Below are positions 21,336 to 31,213 of a stretch of 57,578 nucleotides of DNA, in pieces. Source of the DNA: Reyranella sp. (lineage in GTDB: Bacteria > Pseudomonadota > Alphaproteobacteria > Reyranellales > Reyranellaceae). Both the position numbers and the translations under genes were made by a program. The notes under the pieces were generated by a model that saw only the letters and a list, made by a program, of their open reading frames with translations, was not told the DNA's origin and did not search any database. Where the stretch lies: the NCBI GenBank assembly GCA_035947815.1, contig DASZJU010000219.1, forward strand, positions 1-57,578, in the 5' to 3' direction. Within the stretch, counting starts at the first letter, position 1; the number at the start of each line of letters is the position of its first letter.

Positions 21336-22112
21336 ATGTGGACAGACGTCCTCGATCTCAACGACTTTTACAAGAGCACGCTCGGGCAGACCACCGTGCG
21401 GCTGCTGCGCGCCAGGCTGCGCGGGGTTTGGCCCAACGTGCGCGGCGAAACCGTGCTCGGACTGGGCTACGCCACGCCGTTCCTGCGGCCTTTCATCGAG
21501 GAAGCGCAGCGGACCATGGCCTTCATGCCGGCCCAGCAGGGGGTCACGCGCTGGCCGAGAGAGGGCCGCAACCTCACCACCCTGGTCGACGAGATGGACC
21601 TGCCGCTACCCGATCGCTCGGTCGATCGGGTGCTGCTGATCCATGCCGTCGAATGCACTGAACAGGTGCGGCCGATGCTGCGCGAGATCTGGCGGGTGAT
21701 GGCCGATGGCGGCCGCCTGATCGTCGTGGCGCCGACGCGCGCCGGTCTGTGGTCGCAGATCGACCGCTCGCCCTTCTATCAGGGTCATCCCTATTCTCCC
21801 GGCCAGCTCGCCGCCCTGATGCGCGCCAACATGTTCGCGCCATTGCAACAGACCCGCGCGCTCTTCATGCCGCCGACCCGCTCGCGGCTCATGATGCGCA
21901 TGGCGCCGGCCGTCGAGCGCTTCGGCCAGCGTTGGCTCGGTCGCTTCGCCGGCGTCAGCGTCATCGAATCCGGCAAGCAGCTCTATGCCGGCGTCGCCGA
22001 GCGCAGCCAATCGCCCGCGCTCGTCGCCGCGCGGCCGAAGCTCCGCATCGCCAGCTCGCGCGACACCCATGCGACGCGTAACGCCGGGGACGGCGAGGCG
22101 CCGGCCTCCTGA
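21336..22112 (+). CDS. Class I SAM-dependent methyltransferase (YafS-like)
   Basis: DVLDLNDFY, LGLGYATPFL, FMPAQQGV, LPLPDRSVDRVL. Confidence 0.88.
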   Translation: MWTDVLDLNDFYKSTLGQTTVRLLRARLRGVWPNVRGETVLGLGYATPFLRPFIEEAQRTMAFMPAQQGVTRWPREGRNLTTLVDEMDLPLPDRSVDRVLLIHAVECTEQVRPMLREIWRVMADGGRLIVVAPTRAGLWSQIDRSPFYQGHPYSPGQLAALMRANMFAPLQQTRALFMPPTRSRLMMRMAPAVERFGQRWLGRFAGVSVIESGKQLYAGVAERSQSPALVAARPKLRIASSRDTHATRNAGDGEAPAS

Positions 22113-22143
22113 GCCTCCCCTTCAGACCATCGAGAGCATTCGC

Positions 22144-23076
22144 ATGTCGTTGTCTCCGCGCGTGATCGCGCTGCTGGGCTTTGGTGAGGCGGGATCGGCG
22201 ATCGCGCGCGGGCTGGCCGCCGTGGGCGGCTGGCGCGGCGCATCGCGGCCTGGCGACAACGCCCCGCGCCGCCTCATCGCCATCGACACCGCCCTCGACA
22301 AGGACGCGCGCGGCACGGCGCTCGGCAAACAGGCGCGCGCGCTCGATGTGGCGATTTCCGACCGCTACACCGACGCCTTGCGCGAGGCCGATTTGGTGAT
22401 CTCAGCCGTCCAGGGCGAGCACGCGCTGGAAGCAGCCGAAGCCGCCGCGCCGCTGTTGAAGGAGGGCGCGCACTATCTCGATCTCTGCACGGTCACCGGC
22501 CGGATGTCGGACGAGGATCGCGCGCCGATCGAGACGGCCGGCGGCCACTATATCGATATCGCGGTCATGGGCGGCTTCTTCAAGCAGGGCATCAAGGCGC
22601 CGATGCTGGTGGCGGGTGAGGACGTCGAAGACGTGGTCGCCTGGATGAACGCCAACGGCTTCGAGGCCAAGGTGCTGGGGCGCAAGCCCGGCAGCGCCTC
22701 GTCGGTGAAGATGATCCGCAGCGTCCTGATCAAGGGTGTCGAGGCGCTGGGCGTCGAGGCCTATGTCACCGCCGAGCGCCAGGGCATCCTCAAGGAAGTC
22801 ATGGGCTGCATGGGCGACGTCGACCAGATCAGCTTCGCCAACTTCGTCGGCATGCTGGTGCAGACCCACATCGTGCACGCGCACCGGCGCTGGGAGGAGA
22901 TGGGCCTGGTTGCCAAGACCCTGCGCGAGACCGGCGTCGATCCTCTGCTGACCGAGGTGATCGAGAAGAGCCTTCGCCGCACCGTCGATGCCGCCGTCGC
23001 GCCGGCCGACGGCAAGGTGCCGAGCCTGGCTGATGCGCTAAAGATCCTGTCGGAGAAGGTTGTCCGTGGCCGGTGA
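22144..23076 (+). CDS. NAD(P)-dependent oxidoreductase (6PGD-like, DUF1932-type)
   Basis: IALLGFGEAG, DIAVMG, ASSVKMIRSVLIKG. Confidence 0.85.
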   Translation: MSLSPRVIALLGFGEAGSAIARGLAAVGGWRGASRPGDNAPRRLIAIDTALDKDARGTALGKQARALDVAISDRYTDALREADLVISAVQGEHALEAAEAAAPLLKEGAHYLDLCTVTGRMSDEDRAPIETAGGHYIDIAVMGGFFKQGIKAPMLVAGEDVEDVVAWMNANGFEAKVLGRKPGSASSVKMIRSVLIKGVEALGVEAYVTAERQGILKEVMGCMGDVDQISFANFVGMLVQTHIVHAHRRWEEMGLVAKTLRETGVDPLLTEVIEKSLRRTVDAAVAPADGKVPSLADALKILSEKVVRGR

Positions 23077-23554
23077 AGTCTTCGATCAACTGGTCACCCT
23101 GCTGAGTGGCGCCAAGGCGAAGTTTCGCGTGATCGAGCACGAAGCCGAGGGTCGCTCGGAAGCGATCAGCGTCATCCGCGGCAACCGGCCGGATCAGGCA
23201 GCCAAGGCCATGGTGCTCGACCTGCGCGGCGGCGGTGGCGGCCGGCGCCACGTGCTGGCGATCCTGCCGGGCAGCCGCAAGCTCGACTTCGGAGCGGTGG
23301 CCAAGGTCTTCGAGGCGCGCAAATGCGGCTTCGCCTCGCCCGATACGGCGCAGGAAATCACCGGCTGCGTCATGGGCTCGGTGCCGCCGTTCGCGCTCGA
23401 TCCGGCGCTCGCCCTCGTGGTCGATGAGGACCTGCTGGTCAACGACACGCTGTTCTTCAACGCCGGCCGGCTCGACCGTTCGATGGAGCTCGATACCAGG
23501 GACTGGCTGGCCGTCGCCAAGCCGCGCGTGGCCAGGATCGCGGTGAAGGCCTAG
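23066..23554 (+). CDS. YbaK/ProX aminoacyl-tRNA editing domain protein
   Basis: AAKAMVL, GCVMGSVPPF, FFNAGRLDRS. Confidence 0.88.
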   Translation: MAGEVFDQLVTLLSGAKAKFRVIEHEAEGRSEAISVIRGNRPDQAAKAMVLDLRGGGGGRRHVLAILPGSRKLDFGAVAKVFEARKCGFASPDTAQEITGCVMGSVPPFALDPALALVVDEDLLVNDTLFFNAGRLDRSMELDTRDWLAVAKPRVARIAVKA

Positions 23555-23584
23555 GGTAGGCAAACTGTATCGGAGATTTCCGCC

Positions 23585-24352
23585 ATGGACGACAGCTCAT
23601 CGCCCTTTCGACAGCGCCTCATCGGTTGGGCTCGCCAACTGAAGCCGATGCTGCTCGCCCTTGGCTTCGTCCTGATCGTGCGAACCGTGGTCGCCGAACC
23701 CTACAGGGTGCCGTCGCCGTCGATGGTCCCGACGCTTCTCGTCGGCGATGAGCTGATCGGCAGCAAGTTCGCCTATGGTTACGGCAAATATTCTTCACCG
23801 ATTGGCCTGATGCCGGATTTCTCCGGCCGCCTGTTGGGCGAAGTACCGGAGCGCGGCGACGTCATCGTATTTCGCCTGCCCCGCGATCCATCGACGACCT
23901 ATGTGAAACGCCTCATCGGCCTGCCCGGTGACCGCATCCAAATGCAAAACGGGCGGCTTTACATCAACGGCGCCATCGTCCCTCGCCGGGCCATCGGCAC
24001 GTTCGCCAACGATGGCGGCGGCAGCAGCGTCCCGTCGGTCCTCTATGTCGAGACGCTGCCAAACGGGCGCGAGCACGAAATCGTGGAGATCTCCGATGCC
24101 GAGCAGCACGACGACACGCCGTCGTTCGTCGTGCCGCCAAGGCATTACTTCATGATGGGCGACAATCGGGATAATTCCCTGGACAGCCGCATTGCCGCCG
24201 CCGACGGCGGCGTGGGCTTCGTTCCGGAGGACAATCTGGTCGCCCGCGCCGATCGGATCCTGCTGTCGCGCGATCCGGCCGTCGCCTGGTTCGACGTGGC
24301 AGAATGGCCACACGCCTTTCGGCTCGCACGGCTGTTCAGCCGCATCAACTAG
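23585..24352 (+). CDS. lepB: Signal peptidase I (outside the usual lepB-rnc-era context)
   Basis: VPSPSMVPTL..GD, YVKRLIGLPGD, MMGDNRDNSLDSR. Confidence 0.93.
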   Translation: MDDSSSPFRQRLIGWARQLKPMLLALGFVLIVRTVVAEPYRVPSPSMVPTLLVGDELIGSKFAYGYGKYSSPIGLMPDFSGRLLGEVPERGDVIVFRLPRDPSTTYVKRLIGLPGDRIQMQNGRLYINGAIVPRRAIGTFANDGGGSSVPSVLYVETLPNGREHEIVEISDAEQHDDTPSFVVPPRHYFMMGDNRDNSLDSRIAAADGGVGFVPEDNLVARADRILLSRDPAVAWFDVAEWPHAFRLARLFSRIN

Positions 24353-24369
24353 CCGCTCGACGCAGAGGC

Positions 24370-24828
24370 ATGGCTGACATTTGGCGTTTCGGCCCGGTGA
24401 GCGAGGCCGACTTCGAGCCGCTGCTGGCGCTGCGCATCGATGTGATGCGCGAGCATCTGGAGCGTGTGTTTCGCTACAAGCCGTCGCGTGCGCGGCGGAT
24501 CTTCCGCGAGCATTTCGACGAGCCTGGCTTGCGATTGATCCTGGTCGACGAAGAGAGGGCGGGTTGCGTCGGCTTCCGCAGCGGCGAAGGCGAGATCAAG
24601 ATCGACTCGTTCTATCTCGAGCGACGTTTACAGAACCGCGGCCTGGGAGCGGTCATCTTGAAGGCGCTGCTGGCGGAAGCTGACGCGCTGCACCTTCCGG
24701 TGCGACTCGAAGTGCTGCGCGGCAGTCCCGCGGGTCGATTCTACGAACGGCACGGCTTCGTGAAGCTCGGCGAAGACGACGTCGAGGCCGAGTACGAGCG
24801 GGTGGTTCCTAGTCCCGCCGCAACATGA
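24370..24828 (+). CDS. GNAT N-acetyltransferase
   Basis: QNRGLG, LEVLRGSPAGRFYERHGF. Confidence 0.85.
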   Translation: MADIWRFGPVSEADFEPLLALRIDVMREHLERVFRYKPSRARRIFREHFDEPGLRLILVDEERAGCVGFRSGEGEIKIDSFYLERRLQNRGLGAVILKALLAEADALHLPVRLEVLRGSPAGRFYERHGFVKLGEDDVEAEYERVVPSPAAT

Positions 24829-25414
24829 ACACCGCCTGCTCGCCCAGAAGATTGGCGAGCAGCGGCGGCAGGTTGATCGGCTTGCTGGCGCGGTCGAGTA
24901 CGATGGCGCGCTCGATGCGCACGCCCATGTCGCGGCACAGCGCACGGAAATCATCGATGCTGCAGAGGTGGATGTTGGGCGTGTCGTACCACTTGAAGGG
25001 CAGCGACGGCGTCTCGGGCATGCGGCCGCCGAACACCAGGCGCAGGCGCACCTGCCAGTGCGCGAAGTTGGGGAACGACACGATGGCCCGCTTGCCGACC
25101 CTGAGCATCTGGCGCAGCACCTCGCGCGGCTCGCGCGTGGCCTGCAGGGTCTGGCTCAGGATCACGTAGTCGAAGGCGTCGTCGGGATAGTCGCGCAAGT
25201 CGGCGTCGGCATCGCCCTGGATCACCGACAGGCCGTTGGCCACGCAGGCGTTCACGCCGGTCTGGCTCAGTTCCATGCCACGCGCGTCGACCCGCTTGAA
25301 GTTCACCAGATAAGCCAGCAGCGCGCCGTCACCGCAGCCGACGTCGAGCGCGCGCGTGGTCGGGTTGACCATATCGGCGATGAGCTGCAGATCGACGCGA
25401 ATGGCAGTGTTCAC
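24809..25414 (-). CDS. metW: Methionine biosynthesis protein MetW
   Basis: [33 protein letters not shown]; downstream of metX. Confidence 0.95.
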   Translation of the reverse strand: MNTAIRVDLQLIADMVNPTTRALDVGCGDGALLAYLVNFKRVDARGMELSQTGVNACVANGLSVIQGDADADLRDYPDDAFDYVILSQTLQATREPREVLRQMLRVGKRAIVSFPNFAHWQVRLRLVFGGRMPETPSLPFKWYDTPNIHLCSIDDFRALCRDMGVRIERAIVLDRASKPINLPPLLANLLGEQAVFMLRRD

Positions 25415-26589
25415 GGCACGTCCTTCAGCCCGCGCGCGGTCCCCGCGCCCTTGAGGAAGCCGGCCAGGGTGCGGAACATCTCCGGCTCTTCCAGCAGGAA
25501 GGCGTCGTGGCCCTTGTCGCTCTCGACTTCGACGAAAGAAACGTTGGCTGCCGCCGCATTCAGCGCGTGGACGATCTCTCGGCTCTCGCGCGTCGGGAAC
25601 AGCCAGTCGCTGGTGAAGGACATCAGGCAGTAGCGCGTCGGCGTGCCGCGGAAGGCGTTGGCCAGCACGCCGCCATGGGCGCCGGCGAGGTCGAAATAGT
25701 CCATCGCCCGCGTGATGTAGAGGTAGCTGTTGGCGTCGAACCGGTCGACGAAGCTCGAACCCTGGTAACGCAGGTAGCTCTCGACCTGGAAGTCGGCGTC
25801 GAAACCGAAGCCCACCGCATTGCGGTCCTGCAGCGCGCGCCCGAACTTGCGCTGCAGCGCCTGCTCGGAAAGATAGGTGATGTGCGCGGTCATGCGCGCG
25901 ACCGCGAGGCCACGCGCCGGCGCGGTGTGGTGCAGGCGGTAGTCACCGCCCCTCCATTCGGGGTCGGCCATGATCGCCTGCCGTCCGACCTCGTGGAACG
26001 CGATGTTCTGCGCCGAATGGCGTGCAGCACAGGCGATCGGCACGGCGGAGAATACGCGACTGGGATAGCTCGCCGCCCATTCCAGCACCTGCATGCCGCC
26101 CATCGAGCCGCCAATGACGCAGAACAGGTCGGGGATGCCGAGGTGATCGAGCAGCGCCGCCTGGACGCGCACCATGTCGCCGACCGTCACCACCGGAAAG
26201 CGCAGGTTCCACGGCTCGCCGCTTGCCGGCTCACGGGCGAGCGGGCCGGTCGTGCCCATGCAGCCGCCCAGCACATTGACGCAGATGATAAAGTAGTGCG
26301 CCGGATCGATCACCTTGCCCGGCCCGACGAGGCTCTCCCACCAACCTTCCTTGCCGGTCACCGGGTGCTGTTCGGCCACGAACTGGTCGAGGGTGAGGGC
26401 ATGGCAGATCAGGACGGCATTGGACTTGTCGGGATTGAGCGTGCCGTAAGTCTGATAGGCCACCCGATAGGGGCCAAGATCGACGCCGCAGTCGAGCCGA
26501 AGCGGGCGCTCGATGCCCAGAACCGCGTGGCGGCATTGGGCGAGCGCCTTCCGTTCAGCCTCGGTCAAGTCGTCCAGCTCCACGGCCAC
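25411..26589 (-). CDS. metX: Homoserine O-acetyltransferase
   Basis: [34 protein letters not shown]. Confidence 0.96.
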   Translation of the reverse strand: MAVELDDLTEAERKALAQCRHAVLGIERPLRLDCGVDLGPYRVAYQTYGTLNPDKSNAVLICHALTLDQFVAEQHPVTGKEGWWESLVGPGKVIDPAHYFIICVNVLGGCMGTTGPLAREPASGEPWNLRFPVVTVGDMVRVQAALLDHLGIPDLFCVIGGSMGGMQVLEWAASYPSRVFSAVPIACAARHSAQNIAFHEVGRQAIMADPEWRGGDYRLHHTAPARGLAVARMTAHITYLSEQALQRKFGRALQDRNAVGFGFDADFQVESYLRYQGSSFVDRFDANSYLYITRAMDYFDLAGAHGGVLANAFRGTPTRYCLMSFTSDWLFPTRESREIVHALNAAAANVSFVEVESDKGHDAFLLEEPEMFRTLAGFLKGAGTARGLKDVP

Positions 26590-26621
26590 TTCCCACTCCT
26601 CAAGCGCGGCACTCGCGCAAC

Positions 26622-26659
26622 GAAAAAGCCCCCGACCTTAGAGGGCGGGGGCTTTTTTC
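26622..26659 (-). terminator. Intrinsic terminator in the metX leader
   Basis: AAAAAGCCCCCG...CGGGGGCTTTTT hairpin between riboswitch and metX RBS. Confidence 0.8.
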
Positions 26660-26664
26660 AAGCT

Positions 26665-26724
26665 CACCGACCTTTTAGCGAGGATTAACGTGGCCGCAAG
26701 CCGGTCGGCTCAAATTCCACGGGG
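26665..26724 (-). promoter_or_regulatory. SAM-II (SAM_alpha) riboswitch
   Basis: Minus strand CCGTGGAATTTGAGCCGACCGGCTTGCGGCCACGTTAATCCTCGCTAAAAGGTCGGT; P1 CGTGG/CCACG, pseudoknot CCGACC/GGTCGG, GCTAAA; upstream of metX. Confidence 0.88.
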
Positions 26725-26833
26725 TTTTCTATAAGGGCCTCGCCGGCGCCGCGCAAGCATTTCAAGGCTTGTTTGCCTTTACGCGGAGGGACGGAACGTA
26801 GTATCGCCGCTGCCTCACAGGATCACCGGCCTT

Positions 26834-27685
26834 ATGGATTCTCCCAGTCTCGACAGCTTGCGGCAGGAAATCGACGCTATCGATAGCGAGCTGCATGCCA
26901 TGGTTCGCCGCCGGGCCGACCTTGTGGACCGGATCTCCGCCGCCAAGCCACCCGGTGGACTGGCGCTCAGGCCGGGGCGCGAGGCCCAGGTCATGCGCCA
27001 GCGGCTGGCGACGCATCAGGGGCCGTTTCCCTCGACCGCCATCTATCGCATGTGGCGGGAGATGATTTGCGCCTTCACCCTGATGCAGACGCCGGACCTC
27101 AAGATCGCCATCTGCCGGCCCGCCGACCAGCCAGGATACTGGGACCTCGCGCGCGACCATTTCGGCTGCCAGATCCCTTTCGTCGCCAACGACACGCCGG
27201 CCCAGGTGCTGGCAGCGGTGCGCGCCAACCCGTCGACCATAGGTGTCGTGCCGACGCCCATCGAATCCGACGCGACGCCGTGGTGGCCGCTGCTCGCCGG
27301 CCGCGACGCGACCTTGCCTAACGTGGTGGCCCGACTGCCCTTCTTGGACATGCCCAACGCACGGGCCCGCGGCATATCGGCCTTCGTGCTGGCGCGCATG
27401 GAGCCCGAGGATTCCGGCGATGATCGCACCCTCATCTCGGTCGAAGCCGTCACGGGGCTCAGCCGCAACCGCATCGCCGGCGCCCTGGCCAAGGTCGGCC
27501 TGCCCGCCTTCACTTCGGCGCTGGACCAGGTTGCCGGCGGCGTGCATCACTACCTCGTCGAGCTCCCGGGCGTGTTGGCCGACGGCGACGAGCGCTTGCG
27601 CGAGCTCGGGACCGCCTTGGGACTGACGAGCGGTCATGTCGCCGCGATCGGCGCCTATGCCGTTCCCGCCACCCCTCGGACCTAG
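26834..27685 (+). CDS. Chorismate mutase (AroQ domain plus degenerate dehydratase-like region)
   Basis: LDSLRQEIDAIDSEL, RPGREA, ARDHFG; upstream of hisC-tyrC. Confidence 0.88.
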   Translation: MDSPSLDSLRQEIDAIDSELHAMVRRRADLVDRISAAKPPGGLALRPGREAQVMRQRLATHQGPFPSTAIYRMWREMICAFTLMQTPDLKIAICRPADQPGYWDLARDHFGCQIPFVANDTPAQVLAAVRANPSTIGVVPTPIESDATPWWPLLAGRDATLPNVVARLPFLDMPNARARGISAFVLARMEPEDSGDDRTLISVEAVTGLSRNRIAGALAKVGLPAFTSALDQVAGGVHHYLVELPGVLADGDERLRELGTALGLTSGHVAAIGAYAVPATPRT

Positions 27686-27721
27686 GGGCACGACCTTGAT
27701 CAACTCTTACGGGAGACTGCC

Positions 27722-28810
27722 ATGAGTGCCCTCGCCCCGCGACCGGGCATCATGAAGATCGCACCCTATGTGCCGGGCAAGGATTCGGTCGAGGGCAAGG
27801 AGACGATCGCCAAGCTGTCGTCCAATGAGGGCGCGCTGGGACCGAGTCCCAAGGCGATGGCGGCCTATGCCAAGGCGGCCGCCGAGCTGCACCGCTATCC
27901 CGACGGCGGCGCGGACAAACTGCGCGCGGCGATCGGCCGACACTACGGCCTCGACGCCCAGCGCATCGTCTGCGGCACGGGCTCCGACGAGCTGCTGAAC
28001 CTCCTGGTGCGCGCCTACTGCGGCCCGGGCGACGAACTGCTCTACAGCCAGTTCGGCTTCCTGATGTATCCCATCAACGCGCTGGGCGTCGGCGCCACGC
28101 CGGTCGCCGCGCCGGAGAAGAATTACCGCGCCGACGTCGATGCGCTGCTGGCGAAGGTCACGAACAAGACCCGCATCGTCTGCCTCGCCAATCCCAACAA
28201 CCCGACCGGCAGCTATGTGACGAAGGACGACGTGCGGCGCCTGCAGGCCGGGTTGCCGAAGAACGTCCTGCTTGTGATCGACGCGGCCTATGCCGAGTAT
28301 GTGAGCCGCAACGATTACGAATCGGGCGTCGAGCTGGTCGACCAGGCCGAGAACGTCGTGATGACCCGCACTTTCTCCAAGATCTACGGCCTGGGCGGTA
28401 TCAGGCTGGGCTGGATGTACGGCCCGGCCGGCATCGTCGACGTCATGAGCCGGCTGCGCCAGCCGTTCAACGTCAACCTGCCGGCGCAGATCGCCGGCAT
28501 CGCCGCGCTGGCTGACATCGCCCATACCGACGCCAGCCGCACCAATAACGACATCTGGCTGCCCTGGCTCAGCGCCGAGCTTGCCAAGCTCGGCCTGAAA
28601 CCGTTGCCCAGCGTCGGCAACTTCGTCCTGGTGGGGTTCGGCTCGAAGGAGCGCGCCGCAGCCGCCAACGACTGGATGATGAATGACGGGCTGATCCCGC
28701 GCATGGTCGCGGGCTACGGCCTGCCCGAGCATCTGCGCATCACCATCGGCACCGAGGCCGAGGTGAAGGCCGTGCAAGAGTCACTCGCCCGCTTCGTCGC
28801 CAACAAATGA
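27722..28810 (+). CDS. hisC: Histidinol-phosphate aminotransferase
   Basis: KLSSNE, YPD, NPNNPTG, DAAYAEY, RTFSKIYGLGGIRLG. Confidence 0.95.
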   Translation: MSALAPRPGIMKIAPYVPGKDSVEGKETIAKLSSNEGALGPSPKAMAAYAKAAAELHRYPDGGADKLRAAIGRHYGLDAQRIVCGTGSDELLNLLVRAYCGPGDELLYSQFGFLMYPINALGVGATPVAAPEKNYRADVDALLAKVTNKTRIVCLANPNNPTGSYVTKDDVRRLQAGLPKNVLLVIDAAYAEYVSRNDYESGVELVDQAENVVMTRTFSKIYGLGGIRLGWMYGPAGIVDVMSRLRQPFNVNLPAQIAGIAALADIAHTDASRTNNDIWLPWLSAELAKLGLKPLPSVGNFVLVGFGSKERAAAANDWMMNDGLIPRMVAGYGLPEHLRITIGTEAEVKAVQESLARFVANK

Positions 28811-29706
28811 GCAAGTCCCCCGAAGGCCAGCCGATGTTCGACAAGATCGCATTGATCGGCATCGGCCTGATCGGCGGTTCGATCGCGCTGGCCGCGCGGC
28901 GCGGTGGTTTCGCCAAAAAGATCGTAGCCGCCACGCGACGGCGCGAGACCGCCGAGACCGCCAACCGCCTGAAGCTGGTCGATCATTGCGGCACCGATCT
29001 TGCCGCCGCCTGCGAGGATGCCGACCTGGTGATCGTCTGCACGCCGGTCGGCGCCTGCGGCGAGGCCACCCGCATCATCGCGCCCAAGCTCAAACCCGGC
29101 TGCATCGTCTCCGACGTGGGCTCGGTGAAGCAGGCGGTGGTCGACGCCATGCAGCCGCACATTCCGGCCGGCGTGCATTTCGTGCCGGCGCATCCGGTGG
29201 CCGGAACCGAGAATTCCGGCCCCGAGGCCGCCCTCACCGAGCTGTTCGACGGACGGTGGACCATCCTGACGCCACTGCCCGGCAGCGATCCGGCCGCGGT
29301 CGACAAGCTCGAGGCGTTCTGGAAGGGGCTGGGCAGCGAGGTGCAACGGCTCGACCTGGCCGATCACGACCGCATCCTCGCCATCACGTCCCACCTGCCG
29401 CATCTGATCGCCTACACCATTGTCGGCACGGCCGACGATCTGGCCGGCCATCTCAACAGCGAGGTGCTGCGCTTCGCGGCCGGCGGCTTCCGCGATTTCA
29501 CCCGCATCGCCGCCTCCGATCCGACGATGTGGCGCGATGTGTTCCTGAACAACCGCGAGGCGGTTCTCGAAGTGCTGCAGCGCTTCCAGGAAGATCTCTT
29601 CTACCTGCAGCGCGCCATCCGCTGGGGCGAGGGCGACAAGCTGTTCGACCTGTTCACGCGCACCCGCGAGATCCGCCGCGCGCTGATCCATCTCCACCAG
29701 GCGTGA
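28807..29706 (+). CDS. tyrC: Prephenate/arogenate (cyclohexadienyl) dehydrogenase
   Basis: GIGLIGGS, DVGSVK, HPVAGTE, SHLPHL, GFRDFTRIAASDP. Confidence 0.93.
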   Translation: MSKSPEGQPMFDKIALIGIGLIGGSIALAARRGGFAKKIVAATRRRETAETANRLKLVDHCGTDLAAACEDADLVIVCTPVGACGEATRIIAPKLKPGCIVSDVGSVKQAVVDAMQPHIPAGVHFVPAHPVAGTENSGPEAALTELFDGRWTILTPLPGSDPAAVDKLEAFWKGLGSEVQRLDLADHDRILAITSHLPHLIAYTIVGTADDLAGHLNSEVLRFAAGGFRDFTRIAASDPTMWRDVFLNNREAVLEVLQRFQEDLFYLQRAIRWGEGDKLFDLFTRTREIRRALIHLHQA

Positions 29707-30296
29707 ACACCGCAAGCGACAGTACAAAGCCGCGCTGGGTCTTCGGCTACGGCTCACTGATGTGGAATCCGGGATTTGCCACGCCCGAGACGCGGGTCGC
29801 GCGCCTGCACGGTTGGCATCGGGCCCTCTGCATCTACTCTGAGCATTATCGCGGGACGCCGAAGCAGCCCGGCCTCATCCTCGGCCTGCTGCCGGGCGGT
29901 GCGTGCCGCGGCCTCGCCCATCGCCTGCCGGCCGGGCGCTACGACGCCGTACGGCGCTATCTGATCCACCGCGAGATCGACAATGATGGCGTCTACCGGG
30001 AAACCATCCGGCCGATTCATCTCGACAATGGCCGCACGGTGCCGGCGTTGGTCTATCTTGCCGATTGCGGGCATCGCCAGTTCGCGGGCAAGCTGCCGCT
30101 TGCTGCGGCGGTGTCGCTGGTCCGTCGGGGACGCGGCGCCACCGGCACGAATCTCGCCTACGTCCAGAACACCGTCGCCCACCTCAACGAGCTGGGCTTG
30201 CGCGATCGCGCCCTCGAGGAACTGGCGCGCCGGGCCTCGGCTAGAGCAGCGTCCGATCAGATGGAACCGCACGCGGTTCCATCTGATCGGACATAA
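29703..30296 (+). CDS. chaC: ChaC-family glutathione-specific gamma-glutamylcyclotransferase
   Basis: End of the 436-aa track ORF: WVFGYGSLMWNPGF, HYRGTPKQPG, RE. Confidence 0.9.
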   Translation: MNTASDSTKPRWVFGYGSLMWNPGFATPETRVARLHGWHRALCIYSEHYRGTPKQPGLILGLLPGGACRGLAHRLPAGRYDAVRRYLIHREIDNDGVYRETIRPIHLDNGRTVPALVYLADCGHRQFAGKLPLAAAVSLVRRGRGATGTNLAYVQNTVAHLNELGLRDRALEELARRASARAASDQMEPHAVPSDRT

Positions 30297-30371
30297 GCTG
30301 CTCTAGAATCTAAATATTCTAGAGCACGACCTTCCGCTCGGCTGACTCCAGCCGAGCGGAACGTGCTCTAG
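30241..30371. repeat. CIR/RIME-like double-hairpin element bounded by CTAG
   Basis: Two CTAGAGC...GCTCTAG hairpins joined by an AT-rich spacer; two GANTC sites. Confidence 0.85.
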
Positions 30372-30997
30372 CGGCGGGCCGCGCCGTCGGTGAAGACGGC
30401 CCGGGCGACGAACCGCAGCTCGTCGCGCGCCTGCTCGACCGTGAGGCCAAGCCGCTGACGCAGCACGACCCAGCTCTCGGGCGCGAGCGCCATCGCCAGC
30501 GCATTCAGCGTGCGCTCGCGCGCCTCGGGCGGCAGCGCCGTCAGCTCGCGGTCGAACCAGTGCGAAAGCTGCATGCGATTGGCGGTGTACATCTGCACCA
30601 CCATGTCCGCCGCCTCGGACGAGCGGCGCTGCAGCGTTTCAACGAAGGTCCACATCGGCAGCAGGCGTTCGCAACGCTCGCTGCACTGACTGATGATCAT
30701 CGAAATGCGCTCGTCGATCGGCCAGGTAGCCCCTGGATCGGGCGCTTCGCCCACCACCGCAGCCAGCACGCGGCCGAGCACGGCGACGTAGAGCTCGGCG
30801 GTGTCGGAAAAATGCTGAAAAACGGTGCGCGCCGAAACGCCGGCCATCTTGGCGATGTCGCGGACGATCGGCGCAACTTCTCCGGCCAGCGCCAGGGCCA
30901 GGGCCGATGCGATGATGGCTTCGCGCGTGCGCGCCACGCGATCGCCGCGGCCGGCATGTTGCAGCGGCTGTTGGTGAGCGAAAGTTTCAACGTCCAT
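30368..30997 (-). CDS. TetR/AcrR-family regulator
   Basis: RTREAIIA...IAKMAGVSARTVFQHF. Confidence 0.9.
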   Translation of the reverse strand: MDVETFAHQQPLQHAGRGDRVARTREAIIASALALALAGEVAPIVRDIAKMAGVSARTVFQHFSDTAELYVAVLGRVLAAVVGEAPDPGATWPIDERISMIISQCSERCERLLPMWTFVETLQRRSSEAADMVVQMYTANRMQLSHWFDRELTALPPEARERTLNALAMALAPESWVVLRQRLGLTVEQARDELRFVARAVFTDGAARR

Positions 30998-31213
30998 ACG
31001 CGGATCTCCCCGGGAGCAAACCGTCACGACACAACAGTGCACGCAAAATGCAGCGAACCCCGGTGCGTTTCGCGTTCCTAGTTCACTACGAGAGCAGATA
31101 GTAATGCATCTCCCAACTTTCTGCCTCAAATGCGGCGATGCGCTATAAATTCGATAAATTCACGTTCATGTAAGCAACTCGTAAGCTCGCCTCCTAAGCT
31201 GATGGTGTCCAGG

